Assembly: GCA_048128005.1 (NCBI GenBank)
Contig: JBEUKZ010000117.1
Coordinates: forward strand, 124,001 to 188,000
DNA from: Veleropilina oligotropha
Lineage: Eukaryota
Length of the DNA stretch: 64,000 nt
Direction of reading: 5' to 3'
Notes under the pieces: generated by a model
What the model was told of the DNA's origin: nothing
The model's database searches: none
The model's input: only the letters and a program-made list of their open reading frames with translations
Shown here: one piece after another, positions 8,356 through 20,796 of the stretch
How the letters are laid out: each line of letters opens with the position of its first letter
How positions within the stretch are numbered: position 1 is the first letter of the stretch
Position numbers and translations under genes: made by a program

Positions 8356-10628
8356 CTTATAACATTTCATCTAAATTGGTTGTTGTTGATTGATATATAT
8401 AATTTGGGTAAATTAGAATATAGTTTACACACCAATTTCATTGAATATGAATTTATTGTCACGTTTTAATATAAGTCATGTTGGTTAAAGGTATCGTGGA
8501 AGGAAAGCCTTCATTATATCGAATCAGACGTTAGAAGATTTGAAAAACAATGTCTTACCCCGTCCAAACGATCAATATTGCGACACACACGTAACCAATG
8601 GTTCATGTCAGGAGTTCCTCCTGGCATCCACATTTTGACCTTGCGATTCTTGGCCTCCAGTATGAAATCTCCACCCTCGCCTTTACTCACATGCCCGGAC
8701 GCGGATATGATTTCTTTCTCCTTGAGGTAGTTGGCAACTTCAGGAGGCAATTGCGCCCTCATTATCCGGTCCCTTGCTTCAATTTCTTGATAATTGAGCA
8801 TGTGAGTTCCGTAATATAAGGGTGAAAACATCATACGGGCTGCTGAGGCGACATCGGTGTTGTTACGTCGTATGCCGGCACGGTACAGGTGAAGTGGATA
8901 GGCAAATGTTGTTAAAACATCGAAGATGTATTTGAAATTGGGGTCTGCGACTGTCGTCATCCAGGAATGCAATCCTTCCACAGAGGGGTGTCTTTTTGAG
9001 GATATACACTGCCGCACATAGGGGATGAGGACCTCCTTGATGGTTCCAAAGAGGATGATTTGAATGATTTGCCACGATTTGTGATGATTTGATGCTGTGC
9101 GGCAGTAGTACAGAGCTCGCTCTGTCCGGAATCCAAGAACGCTTTTGGCCAACCTCTGGATAATGACAGTCCACAAGATCTTAAACAGACCCCTAACTGT
9201 GTTCATCTCCACGTGTCCAGGTCCTGGTATGATGAGGAGTGATCCAAATGTCTTGCATGAAGATGAAGATGTTTGTGTATCTTGATGAGATCGTGAAAGA
9301 TGCTTCTTCATTGATATTGTTGATGAAATGTGACACTTGCAATGGGGACACGTGAAAGACGAGTCTTGCAGGCGGCTGGCAATAAGGTATGGTTGACCAT
9401 CACAGCCAACCACGGTCCACGATCGAGTTGTCCCAATTCCGGCTTCTTCAGATATAGCCTGCAAGACTCGTCGCACAGATGCATATGAATTTGGGTTGAC
9501 GGCGACTGGGTTTCCTATCCGTACAGTAACTGGATCTGGCGAATGATGTTCTTCGATGAATGAATATGGGTCTTCTGAAGTGTTTGATGGATTGGTATGG
9601 TTTGGCTCATGGTCCACTGCGTCGGAGATGGTCTCGCCATCCACCTTCTGTTCCTGGTACACGCTGTTTAGTTGTTCCTCCAGGAACCGGTTTTGGTGGT
9701 GGCGAAAAATCGAACCGAGGGCCTCATCCTGCGCATCTACTTTCTTAATGGAGTCTTGGCAGGTAGTGGCACCATGGTCAAACCATTGAAGAGGAGATAA
9801 ATGAGGATTGCTTTGAATGTGACTGTTCATGGTGATCATGTGCATCACCATGGTTATGATACTTAATTTTGCTTTGGCGTCCTTGCGTACTCTCCAGTTT
9901 CTGGAAACGATCTGGTTATTGTCGAAAAAGATGATAATGTCCGATGAGGGTGGAGGAGAAATTGATGATGATGCGTGGCTCGAGATCCAGTTACGTACGG
10001 ATGTATAGCTTCCACATGGTGAGATTGAAGATGATAATGCACAGGCGGCTTTGCTTCCGGTGATATGATACGATAAAAGGTTGATGGCGAATGATAATGG
10101 ACCGATGAAGTTTAAATTTCGAGTTAAGTATATATTTTCAATGGCGATGGCGAGGGAGTTTAATTTTCTGTGATGGTCTGTGTCTTCTGTTGACGTGAGG
10201 GCTATTAGAAAGGTAGTTAAAATTGGATTTTGCTGGGATATCCATTCTTGTGGTGTGTATGATGATAAGAATTCCGATGAGTCGTGCTGGTGTTGTTGTG
10301 CTTTCGAATGGGTGTATGTCTCTTTTGATTGTGATCGTCCTAAAGCTTGAGCCAGTAAAATTAATTGATCTTGTGAGACATTATTTTCCTTTATAGCGTT
10401 GATGGTCTGCATTATGTCCAGGTACTGTGATGAAGATGATGATGAAGAAGCATCTTCCATTGATGTGGCGCATGCGGTACATAAAAATGATGATTTTGGT
10501 GATAAAATTTTCTGATTGATTAGTTCAGCAACAATGGCTTTTTTGAATTTTTTATGCGCTATCCTAAATAATTTAAAAGCTTTCCCCTGCGATCTGACAC
10601 CATGATCAGTGCATCCGCATTGTCGAAC
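7319..10628 (-). CDS. DDE transposase of Academ/RAG1-related type; exons 10628-8559 and 7636-7319 (5' exon uncertain)
   Basis: Long intact ORF with IFFDNNQ, VGCDGQPY, a C2H2 finger (CPHC...HLSRSH), PGPGHVEMN, HHKSWQ and GDFILEAKNR. Acceptor ttgcag|gtt at 10628, donor ggg|gtaaga at 8559/8558, acceptor tttacag|atg at 7636, all phase 0. Confidence 0.8.
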
Positions 10629-10781
10629 CTGCAATGAAATGGGGTCGTATAGACATACGGTAAGCTTGCGTGAATAATGAAATTGCAATGTTTCGAATTT
10701 TGCTAAATTGTCTAAATGTGATCGCAACACAACTATCAAGAACCGGCTAGAACATTGTTACAGATATAGACTTGTGTGTAG

Positions 10782-11250
10782 TCCTTCTGGCGCACCATAC
10801 ATTTTGCTTCGGATGAGGATGCCAGCACTCTGTACCCGTCCTCTTCATTGGCTGCAGCTAACGTCCGGTGAAGAGTGCAGAAAATGGCGTCTGTATACAT
10901 GTGCGGACATGTTGGCGATATGCTGGCCAAATTTTGTTGAAAATAACGGTGTTAATTTGGTGAGTGCATGTAATTTATCTGAAATGTATTATAAAGTGCC
11001 GATATACACAGCTCTCGTGCATCTAGACGATCGTAAATTGATTCTAGCGACTTATATGTACACGTCCACAACAGCTAAAGGTCCTCTGTCCATTCTTACC
11101 ATGTTACGATTATGGCGATTTCTTGCCGAAAGGAGTGATGCACGGAATTTTCTCTCTTTTATATCCCGATCGGGATACGTCATATATCCCGATCGGGATA
11201 TATATCCTGAACGGGATATATATCCCGTTTTGCAGCTTTTCCCCAACCTG
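10782..11250 (-). repeat. Right TIR (469 bp)
   Basis: Inverted copy of 6449-6917. Confidence 0.95.
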
Positions 11251-11699
11251 CTGAAAGCAGTTTGTAAGATATAATAGACTTGTCGACCTAAAGATGACCC
11301 CAAGGGCATTTACTTGAGACTTTATTTAAAGGTGTGTTTACGCCTTACATTCTGACTGTACTGTAATATGCATTCAGATTGACTAATTTATTGATCAACG
11401 ATAGCAAGTAGGAAGTGAGGAAATCCGAGCACCCCGGCACCTTGTCAGATCGGCCAAGGATAGTAGTTCATAAATGTTATATCAGTAATACGCACAGATA
11501 AGGATCGGAGTTCATAAATGTTATATCAGTAATACGCACAGATTTAGAAAGTATCTTGCGTATGGTTTTGCTTATTCCTTTCGCTATAGCGATGGGTTGT
11601 AATTTTATGCAATCCCATTATTATTTATATATAATATAGGAATTCATAAATTCGAAAGACTAAATATTTGTAACCATTGCTTATAATTGGTTGCTGTGG

Positions 11700-11890
11700 T
11701 ACATGACAGAAAGTTAGCTACACTGCCCACAAAAGGTAAACTTGTTTGAATCGACTTGCATCTAAACCTGTGTACCAAATATGAACAAAATCGCTGAAAG
11801 GGAACGGTAGTTATCGTCCAGAAACAAAAGCGTGATGGACGGACTGCACAAAAACAATATGTCTCCCCACAGGGTAGGGGAGACATAATT
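11700..11890 (-). mobile_element. Helentron/DINE-like non-autonomous element fragment
   Basis: Hairpin atgtctcccc-N8-ggggagacat (11859-11886) next to a gtccgtcc microsatellite seed on the - strand. The left boundary is approximate. Confidence 0.4.
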
Positions 11891-12329
11891 CCAATAATAA
11901 TGGGTTGCAGTAAGTATAATTAGAATAGTAATTATAAAAATACCAAAGAGACAGGCAATAGTCAATTTGTCATTCATTTTAAATAAAAAATTAGTAATAT
12001 TTATAGTTAATTTTCTAATAAATGTCCCTTCTGTGATCATCCAAAATACCCCCCCCCCACAAGTACCCGGAGTGCAAGACCACATTTGATAGGGTCTGCT
12101 GTAAAAGGATGGTGGATATTTTCCATCAATATGGTCCTCCTGCCATGGAACACATCTAGGGTGGCCAGCTTCCTGGAAAATCTACAAGGACTGTTTTTTA
12201 AAGTGATTTATGATCTTACCCATCTATGAAATTGACAAGCTATCTTTAAATTAGTGCAGCAGATAAGACTGGGTCAATTTCCAAAAATATTAACCCTGAA
12301 GGCAAATCGTGTTAATTTATGGCATACAA

Positions 12330-12860
12330 GGTTTTTAGATGTATGGAGGGCTACTGAACTCAAAAGCCCAGCTCAAAAATGGACCATAATGCCTCAAAAT
12401 TGAGAAATCCAAGATGGCCACCACCGCCTGGTTGAAATTTATAATTTATTTTCAAAAAGTTTTACTACACAAGGTAGAAACTTCCATTAAATGTGTTAAT
12501 TTGGGAGTTTGGTGGTATTGAGCGGAGCTAAAATCAACTCTGCTGTATGCCCAGCTAAAAAATGACCCATAATGCCATAAAATTGAGAAATCCAAGATGG
12601 CCACCATGCACAGCAGGGTTGAAATGTATTTATTTATATATGTTTTTACTAAACAAGGTAGAAACTTGAATGAAATGTGTTATCTAGGGTGTTAGTGGTA
12701 TTGAGGGGTGCTGAAGCCAACTGTGCTGTTTGTCCACCTAAAAATTGGCCCATATTAATGCCTCAAAATTGAGAAATCCAAAATGGCCGCTTTCACCGGT
12801 GTGAAATGTATTTATGTACGGTAAATATATTTCGACTAAATAAGGTAGAAACCTGAATGA
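12330..12860. repeat. Three diverged ~185-bp tandem units upstream of the Academ ORF
   Basis: aaattgagaaatccaa(g/a)atggcc recurs at about 12397, 12580 and 12766, each followed by aaggtagaaac. Confidence 0.85.
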
Positions 12861-13192
12861 AATGTGCTGTTGTTGATTTTCATATGGAGAATCCAAAATC
12901 ATATTCGGTTTAAAATAAATGGCACATAAACTGCTCGAAATCCAAATAAAAGTCCAACATGGCTGCCAAAATTCAAAATGGCCGCCAAAATACATGAAAA
13001 TGCATTTCACCATATTGCTTCGCAATAATAACCTTTCTTTACCCTAAAATTGAGATATTTAGCATCGTTCCAAACTAAACGTCAGAAGCAATTAAATTAT
13101 TTTATTGTGACAGTTACGATCATAAATTTAGTCAGAGAAAGGTGAGAACATTCGGAACAAAGTAGGCTCACCCATTTTCAAGAACATGCATT

Positions 13193-16100
13193 TTGCATAC
13201 AGACCAGAAAACCTTATATGAAGAAATCAAGTCATTTGACCCAAAAACTTGGGACCGAGTAGTGTCCATTGATAATTATCGCAAAAGTCATGGAGGGACC
13301 TCAAAGTACTTGGCAACTAAGCTGCCATCGTCTTACGATGATACGATTGGATATCACTCAATGTGCTACAAGAACTTCACTGCAATTAGCATGCCACCAC
13401 TTGGTCCAGATGTTCGACCAAAAGAACGCTGTCTCAGGACAAACATTGTGGCCCAAACAAGTTATTCTGGTATCTTCCGTCCAGTGTGCTTATTTTGTCA
13501 CAAGGTTACCAAGTCACAAGGTCGGCTTAAGAAAGAACAACTTGGGAACTGTGAAACAGCTCAAGCCGGAACGAGCATCCGTGATGCAGCAGCTACACTA
13601 GGAGATCATGACATGTTGGCACAAATAGCTGGTGTGGACTTCATAGCCAAAGAAATCAAGTATCACCACTCATGCAGAAAGGCTTATCTTAACAAGGCAG
13701 GAACAGAGCATACACAATCAACACCGGATCCAAACAGCAGCTTTGTCTTACATCAGAATGCCTTCGAGACACTCAAAGTTCATATTGTTGACAACCTTAT
13801 CGAGGCTGAGGGAGCTGAATTACTCACGTCACTCCATGCCACTTACTTGAAAATTATCGGTGACGATTATTCTACATACCCTGCTTCATCACTGCGTGAT
13901 AAAATCCTTCAAGAATTTCCTGAACAACTCAGCCAATGCAAACGAAGTAACAAAAAAGGCATCATCATATACAATGCCAGCTTGAGTGAAGATACTGCCA
14001 CCAAAAGGGCGCTGTTCGATAGCCATTCTATTATCGAATCAGCTTGGTACTTGAGACGCCTTGTAAAGGATATAGAGAGACAGAGTGAAGAATTGCCAGA
14101 TAAATTGACAGCTGATATCCTATCCAAGGGCCAGGGTGATCCACCAGAAGATCTCGTCACATTCTTCACAATCCTGTACACTGGATCAGTGAAAGGTACA
14201 CCAAGCGACAAAGTGTCACGGCTTGTACACTCTGTCTGTGCCGATGTTATGTATAATTCCACTCGTGGAAGACAAGCCTGGAAAACACTTAAACATGGGA
14301 CTGGTATTAAAAGTATGACCGGTTGACGAAAGGTGGTGGAAGTACTTAATCGCCTGGGACACTCGATCAGCTACCTTACAGCTGAAGTACTAGAGACACG
14401 CCTTGCTTATGAAATAGCAGATAAAAAGTTAGCTACGCCGGATGGTCTACTTATGCAAGCTGGTTTAGGGACCGCATTAGCATGGGATAATTACGACGAG
14501 AACACAGAAACCCTTTCAGGAGCAGGAACCGTACATGATACTGTGGGCATCTGTTTCCAGAACGTGCCACCTGCAGCTGTTCTACAAGAAGACGAAACAA
14601 GTATTGCCAGCAGTAATAACAGAAACTCGCAGCAACATAAAGTTAAGAAACATACCCCACGAGCTTTTACAAAGGAGCAGAAAACACTGGAGCCATATAG
14701 AAAGAAGCCAAAAATGTCCAGGTTTAATTATCCTGAAAGAATAATAGAGAGACCTTTGAATTTGACAAAGGTAGAGTGGAGAGATATCTTATGGATGATT
14801 AGTATTGCACTTGAACCCACACCCATGTGGACTGGGTGGAATGCACAAGCTTCTGAGGATCAATTTCCAATTCATAAGATAGCTTACATGGACAACATAA
14901 GCTTACCCCCAACTCGTCTGGATGTTGTTGTGGAAACAATGAAAATTTCCCAGAAAGTCGCCGACGAGTGTGGAGAGCCTTATGCACTTGTAACTTACGA
15001 CTTGGCCATCGCAAAACCAGCCATGCAGATCCAAGATCATGACGCTCCTTTATTTGATAATGTATTCATATCATTTGGAGCTTTTCACATTACCCTTGCT
15101 TATTTCGGATGCATAGGCTACTTCCTGGATGGCTCTGGAGGTGCCAACATACTTACCGAAACTGGTGTTTTGGCTCCTGGCTCCCTCAAAGGTTTCTTGC
15201 TTGGAAAACATTACAACCGATGCAAACGTCTCCACCCATTTTTAGCCACTGCTATTCAGTCACTCCATTTTTCCAGTTTCTTAGAAACCCATGGGCCAAT
15301 GCCAGCCAGCATCTTGGAGCAACTGCACGAATCGCCATCGGCTATGCTAGCAGCACTTGAAGGTTCTGATGACTATGACAGATTCATGACCGAATACGAC
15401 AAATACACAGAACAGACACTAGATGGGAAGCATGGCAGCACTGCAAAATACTGGATGTTGTATGTGAACCTTGTTCGCCGCTTTTTCCTGTTCAATCGCG
15501 CTTGCCGAACCAACAACTTGCCGCTGTTCATCTATGGTTTGGAAATGTTTATTCCAATTTTATTCGCGGGAAATCGACCAAACTACTCACGTTGGATGGT
15601 TCGCTACCAATTGAACCTTATAAACGCAAAATACACACATCCAGGGGTAACATAATTACTGAAACATGGAGCTCTTTCTGTGAGGCGAACTAAAAAATCA
15701 TTTTCGCTTACCGCAGTAGATATGACACTCGAACAAACGGTGAATGCCGACGCTGCATCTCGGCAGACAGGTATATCAGCGTTTATCCACTCTGAAACAG
15801 CTCGCAGAAGATGGATGGTGACAAGAGCCATTCGCAGTGCTATTGTTGGCAACCTCCTTTTCCAAGCAGGAATGAATGCTCCTGAAGACGTCACTAACGA
15901 TCTAAGGCCGAATCGGATAAAAAAAGACAACGAAGACCTATCCAAACTGATACAAGGCATCAAGTCAACCATGAATCCTTTCGCACAGCAAGCAGATGAC
16001 AACCTGTATTGTCTTACATCAGGCAAAAAATTACCAGACCAAATCAAAGAAGATGTACTGAGCTTCATTACATTACCCAAGGAGAAGCATGGGCAACAGA

Positions 16101-17721
16101 GTTCAAGGAAGCATGTTTTGAAGATCCATTGCGCTTCGAGAAGCCAATCAAACGTCGCAAGGTTCATAATTTTGCATCTGCTTCAGTCAACACGAAAGTA
16201 CCAGTAAAACAGAAAGTGCCGGAAGTTCAAGGAACTAGAGATTTGTTTGGTCGACTGCTGGTGATCGGTACAAAGGAGAAAATTGATCTGGAGAAGGTTC
16301 TTGAATTTCCACTAACACCAGTTCCACTTTCATTGGCCCACACAGATGGGAGTATCAACAAGACCGACAAATCAAGGTTGATGCATAAGCTAGAAGGTCT
16401 ACAGATTGATCATGCCATCCCTGATGTTGTTGATGTTGTCATCGTTGACGCTACATTTTTGTTACACACACAGCAAAATCTCCCAACTACCTTTGGGGAA
16501 ATTTCCAGAGTGTTATTGTTTCAGTTGTGTCGAATGGCCGATGAAGTTCATTTCGTATGCGACATGTACACAGTTCCATCAATCAAGGACACTGAGAGAG
16601 AGCGACGTGGTACACAGGATGTAATTTTCAGCATTACAGGCCCTAATCAACATCGACCAAAGGACTGGCAGTTAGCTTTGAAGTCATCATTTTTCAAAGT
16701 AGCACTCTTTCGATTCTTGGCCACTGAATGGATGAAAGACAGTTACACAGACTTGATAACTGGTCATCAAGTGTATCTGGCCCTCGACAATGACTGCTTC
16801 TGTTTCACGTCCACAGCTGTAACTGTGATGAAACAAACGGTTCAAGATCTCGCCTCACATCACGAGGAAGCTGATACGAGAATGGTGTACCATCTGCATC
16901 ACATCATCGAACATCAAACAGTAGACAATATCAGTATCCGTAGTAATGATGCAGATGTCCTGGTCATCCTTCTGCATTACATGTCCCAAAGCAAAACCAC
17001 ATCGAGGATTTGGCTAGATGCAGGTTTGAGCAGCAACAACACTAGGCGACATGTCAGCATCAATGATCTCCGAGACACGATGGGAATCAAATTTGCAGAG
17101 GCGTTGCCTGGACTACATGCATTCACGGGGTGCGATTACACTGCTTCATTCCTGAATAAGGGCAAGGCAAGACCCATGGATCTCGTTTTGAAGAATGATC
17201 ACTACAAGGATCTATTTGCTACCTTGGGCAACAGCCAGACCATGTCTGATTCCACCGTTTCAGCATGCGAGTCATTCGTATGTCACCTGTATGGGAAGAT
17301 CAATATCACGAAAGTCAACACAGCGCGACATGTCATCTTCCAACAGACGTATGCTCCAAGAACATTGGACAACCAACTCAATGAAATAAAGGGTATCAAT
17401 CCAAGTTCCATGCCACCATGCAGCAAAGTGTTACTTAACAAATTAAAGCGCTCAAACTATGTAGCTTCTCTCTGGAAGAAAGCAGCTTCACAAAACCCAT
17501 GCCAATCAACACCTGCAGGAAACGGATGGGTTTTGGTCGATAACACCTACACAATTGACTGGTACGATGGCGACCAACTGCCAAAAGACCTATACAAGGC
17601 TCTAGAAATCGACACACAGAACTCTCTGGATGAAGAAATGGAGGACGAGGAAGTTGCCCATGGCGAGTCACTGTATGAGCCTGACGAGTCTGATGGAGAT
17701 GACGAGGATGTCGCGTTCTGA
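13193..17721 (+). pseudogene. Academ transposase with C-terminal XPG/PIN-like nuclease domain, disrupted
   Basis: Motifs CLFC..IAKEIKYHHSC, LNRLGHSISY, AWDNYD, TYDLAIAK, FGAFH, DMTLEQTVN, HEEADTRM, LHAFTGCDYTASF. In-frame stops at 14324-14326 and 15653-15655, local compensating frameshifts near 14270-14310, and a frameshift near 16070. Confidence 0.9.
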
Positions 17722-18863
17722 AACATGACGTAGTAGTGAAGAGCTTCTCTGGGACTCTCTATTCATATAAGGTGAGAACTTTGTTTCACAATGGTGCTCA
17801 TTTTTACTGAAATTCAATTTGCAAATTGCAGTGATATACAATGTCTATTAAATTAACAGGATGTTTTTGACTTGAAATATTATTAGTTTTCAAGTGTTGA
17901 GTGAATTATACCAACACATTGACAAACGATAGAAAATGAAAATGTGGATGTATTTTAGAAACTAGGGGTAGGGTTTTATGTTGAGGAATGTCTGTATTTA
18001 TCGAGCAAGTCATATTCATTTTATGTCACAAAAACCAGTGATATCACAGGCAAGGTGTGACATTACCGTTTAGCAGATATATTATCAGATTTATAAGAAA
18101 ATGGCACTTTACTGAACTGCAGACAGCGAAACCACAGATACAATTTGGTAAAAACCCCCATTTTTTCGGCGATTGTTTCAGGAACTAGGCAATATATCGT
18201 TCATTATTCAAGCTATTGTTGTAGGGATGTTCGTCCTGGTCAGTTTGATGCTAAACATGACCCTATTGGAGTATAATTAAGGGTACCGGTATAGTAAAGG
18301 ACTAGGTCCATTTTCAAGTGTCTCGAAAATGTCCGTTATAACAAAGTCATTAAATTTGTCAAATTTATATGATCGCACCATTTCTCAGAGTGCCATCATT
18401 TCTTTATGAACCATCAGGGTCCATTTGAAGCAACTTGCATGGTAGCTTGCTTGCAAACTAATATTCTAACAGGACTTTATTTGTGCAAGATGCTGTTGGA
18501 TTTAGCCAAATTGGCCGTATTTTACCAAAATGGCGGCCATTTTGGAAATTTTAAAGTTATTTAAAGCTAAGAAATCATGGAAATATATGTATCCTTGTTT
18601 CTTCTGATGAGAAATCATTACATTTGTTGGTATTTATGACAAACAAGGCCAAAAAATAACAATATCTTAATTTTAGAGATTTCAATTTTTTCGAGAAAAA
18701 TTTCAAGGGTACCCTACTTTAAAGTGAAATTTCACATAAAATGTTTACCTAGATCTCCATCAGAAATGCAGATTCGGATTCCTGAGTAAATTTCACTCCA
18801 GGAACAACCCTCAGACCTTTTGGCAGTTCCGACTCAAATAAATCTTAGTTGGCTCTTGGACTA

Positions 18864-19520
18864 CTCGGCGCTGCCCAAGATCAGTCCCTCACGCAGATTG
18901 ATAGTTTTATTTGTCTCGTTAACTACCATTATTTGAAATCGTTTATGCCTATTTAATTTAGAAACTGAATTTACCACAGACAAACCGGGTTCATAATTTA
19001 GGCAATCAAGACTATCACCTTTTAATTCTATCAATTCTGACTCGGAATTATAATGACGTTTCATTTTTCCAACACACAATACTCTGGTCTGCGGTTTTAT
19101 TTGTATAGTGTTCGCCAGTCGTGCTAATGACGAAATATGAGCCGCCGCCTACAATGAAACATATGTTTTACCAATACGCATGGCCGACAAATCGAAATAT
19201 AAACGCACGCCGTATTTATTCAAAAAGTCGCTACCAAGTAACAAATTTCGATTCATTTTCGGTACTACATAAAACTCCTGTTCCAATCGTTCACCACCTA
19301 ATTCGAATTTACACAAAAAACAACCACTAACTGGGAAATTATCACCACTGACTGTCTGAAATTTCGGCATTTTCCTTTTAGATAACACCGGTTGACCTTT
19401 TAAAGAACGATACAGTGTCTCACTCATTAAAGACATATCTGCTCCAGTGTCAATCAGTGCTCTAGCACGAACTTTACCAATTTTTAATACACAAGAATTT
19501 AAATAACGATTTCTATTTAC
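18864..19520 (-). pseudogene. Gypsy aspartic protease and downstream pol linker, disrupted and truncated
   Basis: RALIDTGADMSLMS (about 19467-19425), LLLGSDFL. A stop at 19149 and truncation at the Academ end. Confidence 0.85.
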
Positions 19521-19585
19521 TGCCTTGATGACTGGTTTGCTAACTCTTATGCCGTTTCTCCCATCGACTTTCTGAGAGGAACGTT

Positions 19586-20557
19586 TTAGTTTAAATTCTC
19601 ATTACTTCTTCCAGCTGGCCCCTTACCTCTCCAAGGCCGCTGTGACCCTCTAGGCCTGTATTTCGGGCAGTCCCATTTATGGATACTGACCCCATCTAGG
19701 CATACCCAGCACTTGTCACAAGTCCTCCGTACATGACCTTTCTGTCCGCAACCCAAACAAATTAAGTTTCTCGTAACTGTCGTCACGCATCCTGTCATAC
19801 GACAGTCTCTCGTCCAGTGACCTGGTCGGTTACACTGTCTACAGTATTTCTGTCGGGAGCTGTCCACCTCCATTGGCGTCTCTACCCGATCCATCGTTTC
19901 CTGTCTATTTCTAAAATGGGGTCTCTCGTCGCCCACATTCTTGCCTAACCTTAAGTTAAAGCGTTTAAATAATCGCTGCTCCTTGGCAGCAGTTGTCACT
20001 GCGTCATTCAAGACGGTTGGTGCATCATGCATCAACCTGAACTTTATCTTGTCACTTTCCAGTCCGTCTACAAAGAATCCTATCAATTGACTCTCTAGCA
20101 TACGGTTGTCACCGTTGACCACGTATTCTGGAAACGCAGATGTGGCCAAATCTATCAGCCTCTCTGCATAGATTTGTATATTTTCCCCTGATTTTTGTTT
20201 AATTCACTTTAAGAGCGAAAGAGCAAATTGAGGATCTGTAATGTCGTCAAATTTACTCGCTAAAATTGCCTTCAATTCTAGCCAAGTCGTATCATTATTT
20301 TCAGAAAGATATCTGGCTATGAAATCAGACACCGGTCCACGCGCAGTCTGAGAAGCTACTTCTCTAATGCGGTTCGACGATAAATGTGTTAGTACACTAT
20401 ATTTCTCTAAACCTTTAATCCACTCTTTAAATAGCTTAGCTTCACCAGCGTAAGGTGCCACAATAGCGTTCACTCCCTGCGTTGATACAATATAAGTTAA
20501 TCCTGAAATTTGAGTAGTTAACTGATCTAGCACTGGTAAATAAGCTGGTTCGGCCAT
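19586..20557 (-). pseudogene. Gypsy gag (frameshift near 20200)
   Basis: ORFs 20204-20557 and 19586-20149; FVDGL, PMEVD, CRQCNRPGHWTRDC and CLGCGQKGHVRRTC zinc knuckles. Confidence 0.85.
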
Positions 20558-20768
20558 TATAATGATAATTACGTTTTAAATATTTGTCAGGTATAATTTA
20601 CAAAATGCAGACATATTATATGACACACTCACCCTAATTTACTGCAAACTGCTCCACGTTGATATGTCTCCTCCATTGCGCTACTTCGTTTGGTATCCCA
20701 GTCTGCCATTCTTTTCTGCAACATCCACCACGAATTTCCTCTGCGGTATGTTGATATTCGTAGGTCAG

Positions 20769-20786
20769 CCCGGTCACGTCGCACCA
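20769..20786 (-). promoter_or_regulatory. Primer binding site of the Gypsy element
   Basis: TGGTGCGACGTGACCGGG on the - strand, 10 nt inside the LTR end. Confidence 0.6.
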
Positions 20787-20796
20787 ATTTAACACC

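Larger units (their letters stand above)
6449..11250. mobile_element. DNA transposon with 469-bp TIRs, Academ/RAG1-type transposase and a MADS-PHD gene
   Basis: Starts CAGGTTGGGG (6449), ends CCCCAACCTG (11250); two convergent spliced genes inside. Flanks cta / ctg are at best an imperfect 3-bp TSD. Confidence 0.9.
12330..18863 (+). mobile_element. Academ DNA transposon (XPG/FEN1-nuclease type); left end not found
   Basis: Long transposase pseudogene; right end ...GGCTCTTGGACTA (5'-TAGTCC on the - strand, Academ-like) truncates the neighbouring Gypsy ORF. No matching left TIR seen; the left coordinate is approximate. Confidence 0.75.

Noticed and set aside
6449..11250. ProtoRAG / RAG1-RAG2 transposon
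   Set aside because: No kelch repeats, no RSS-like CAC heptamer at the ends and no 5-bp TSD; the transposase motifs fit Academ-like proteins better.
11466..11545. 35-bp direct repeat
   Set aside because: Only two copies; an ordinary local duplication.
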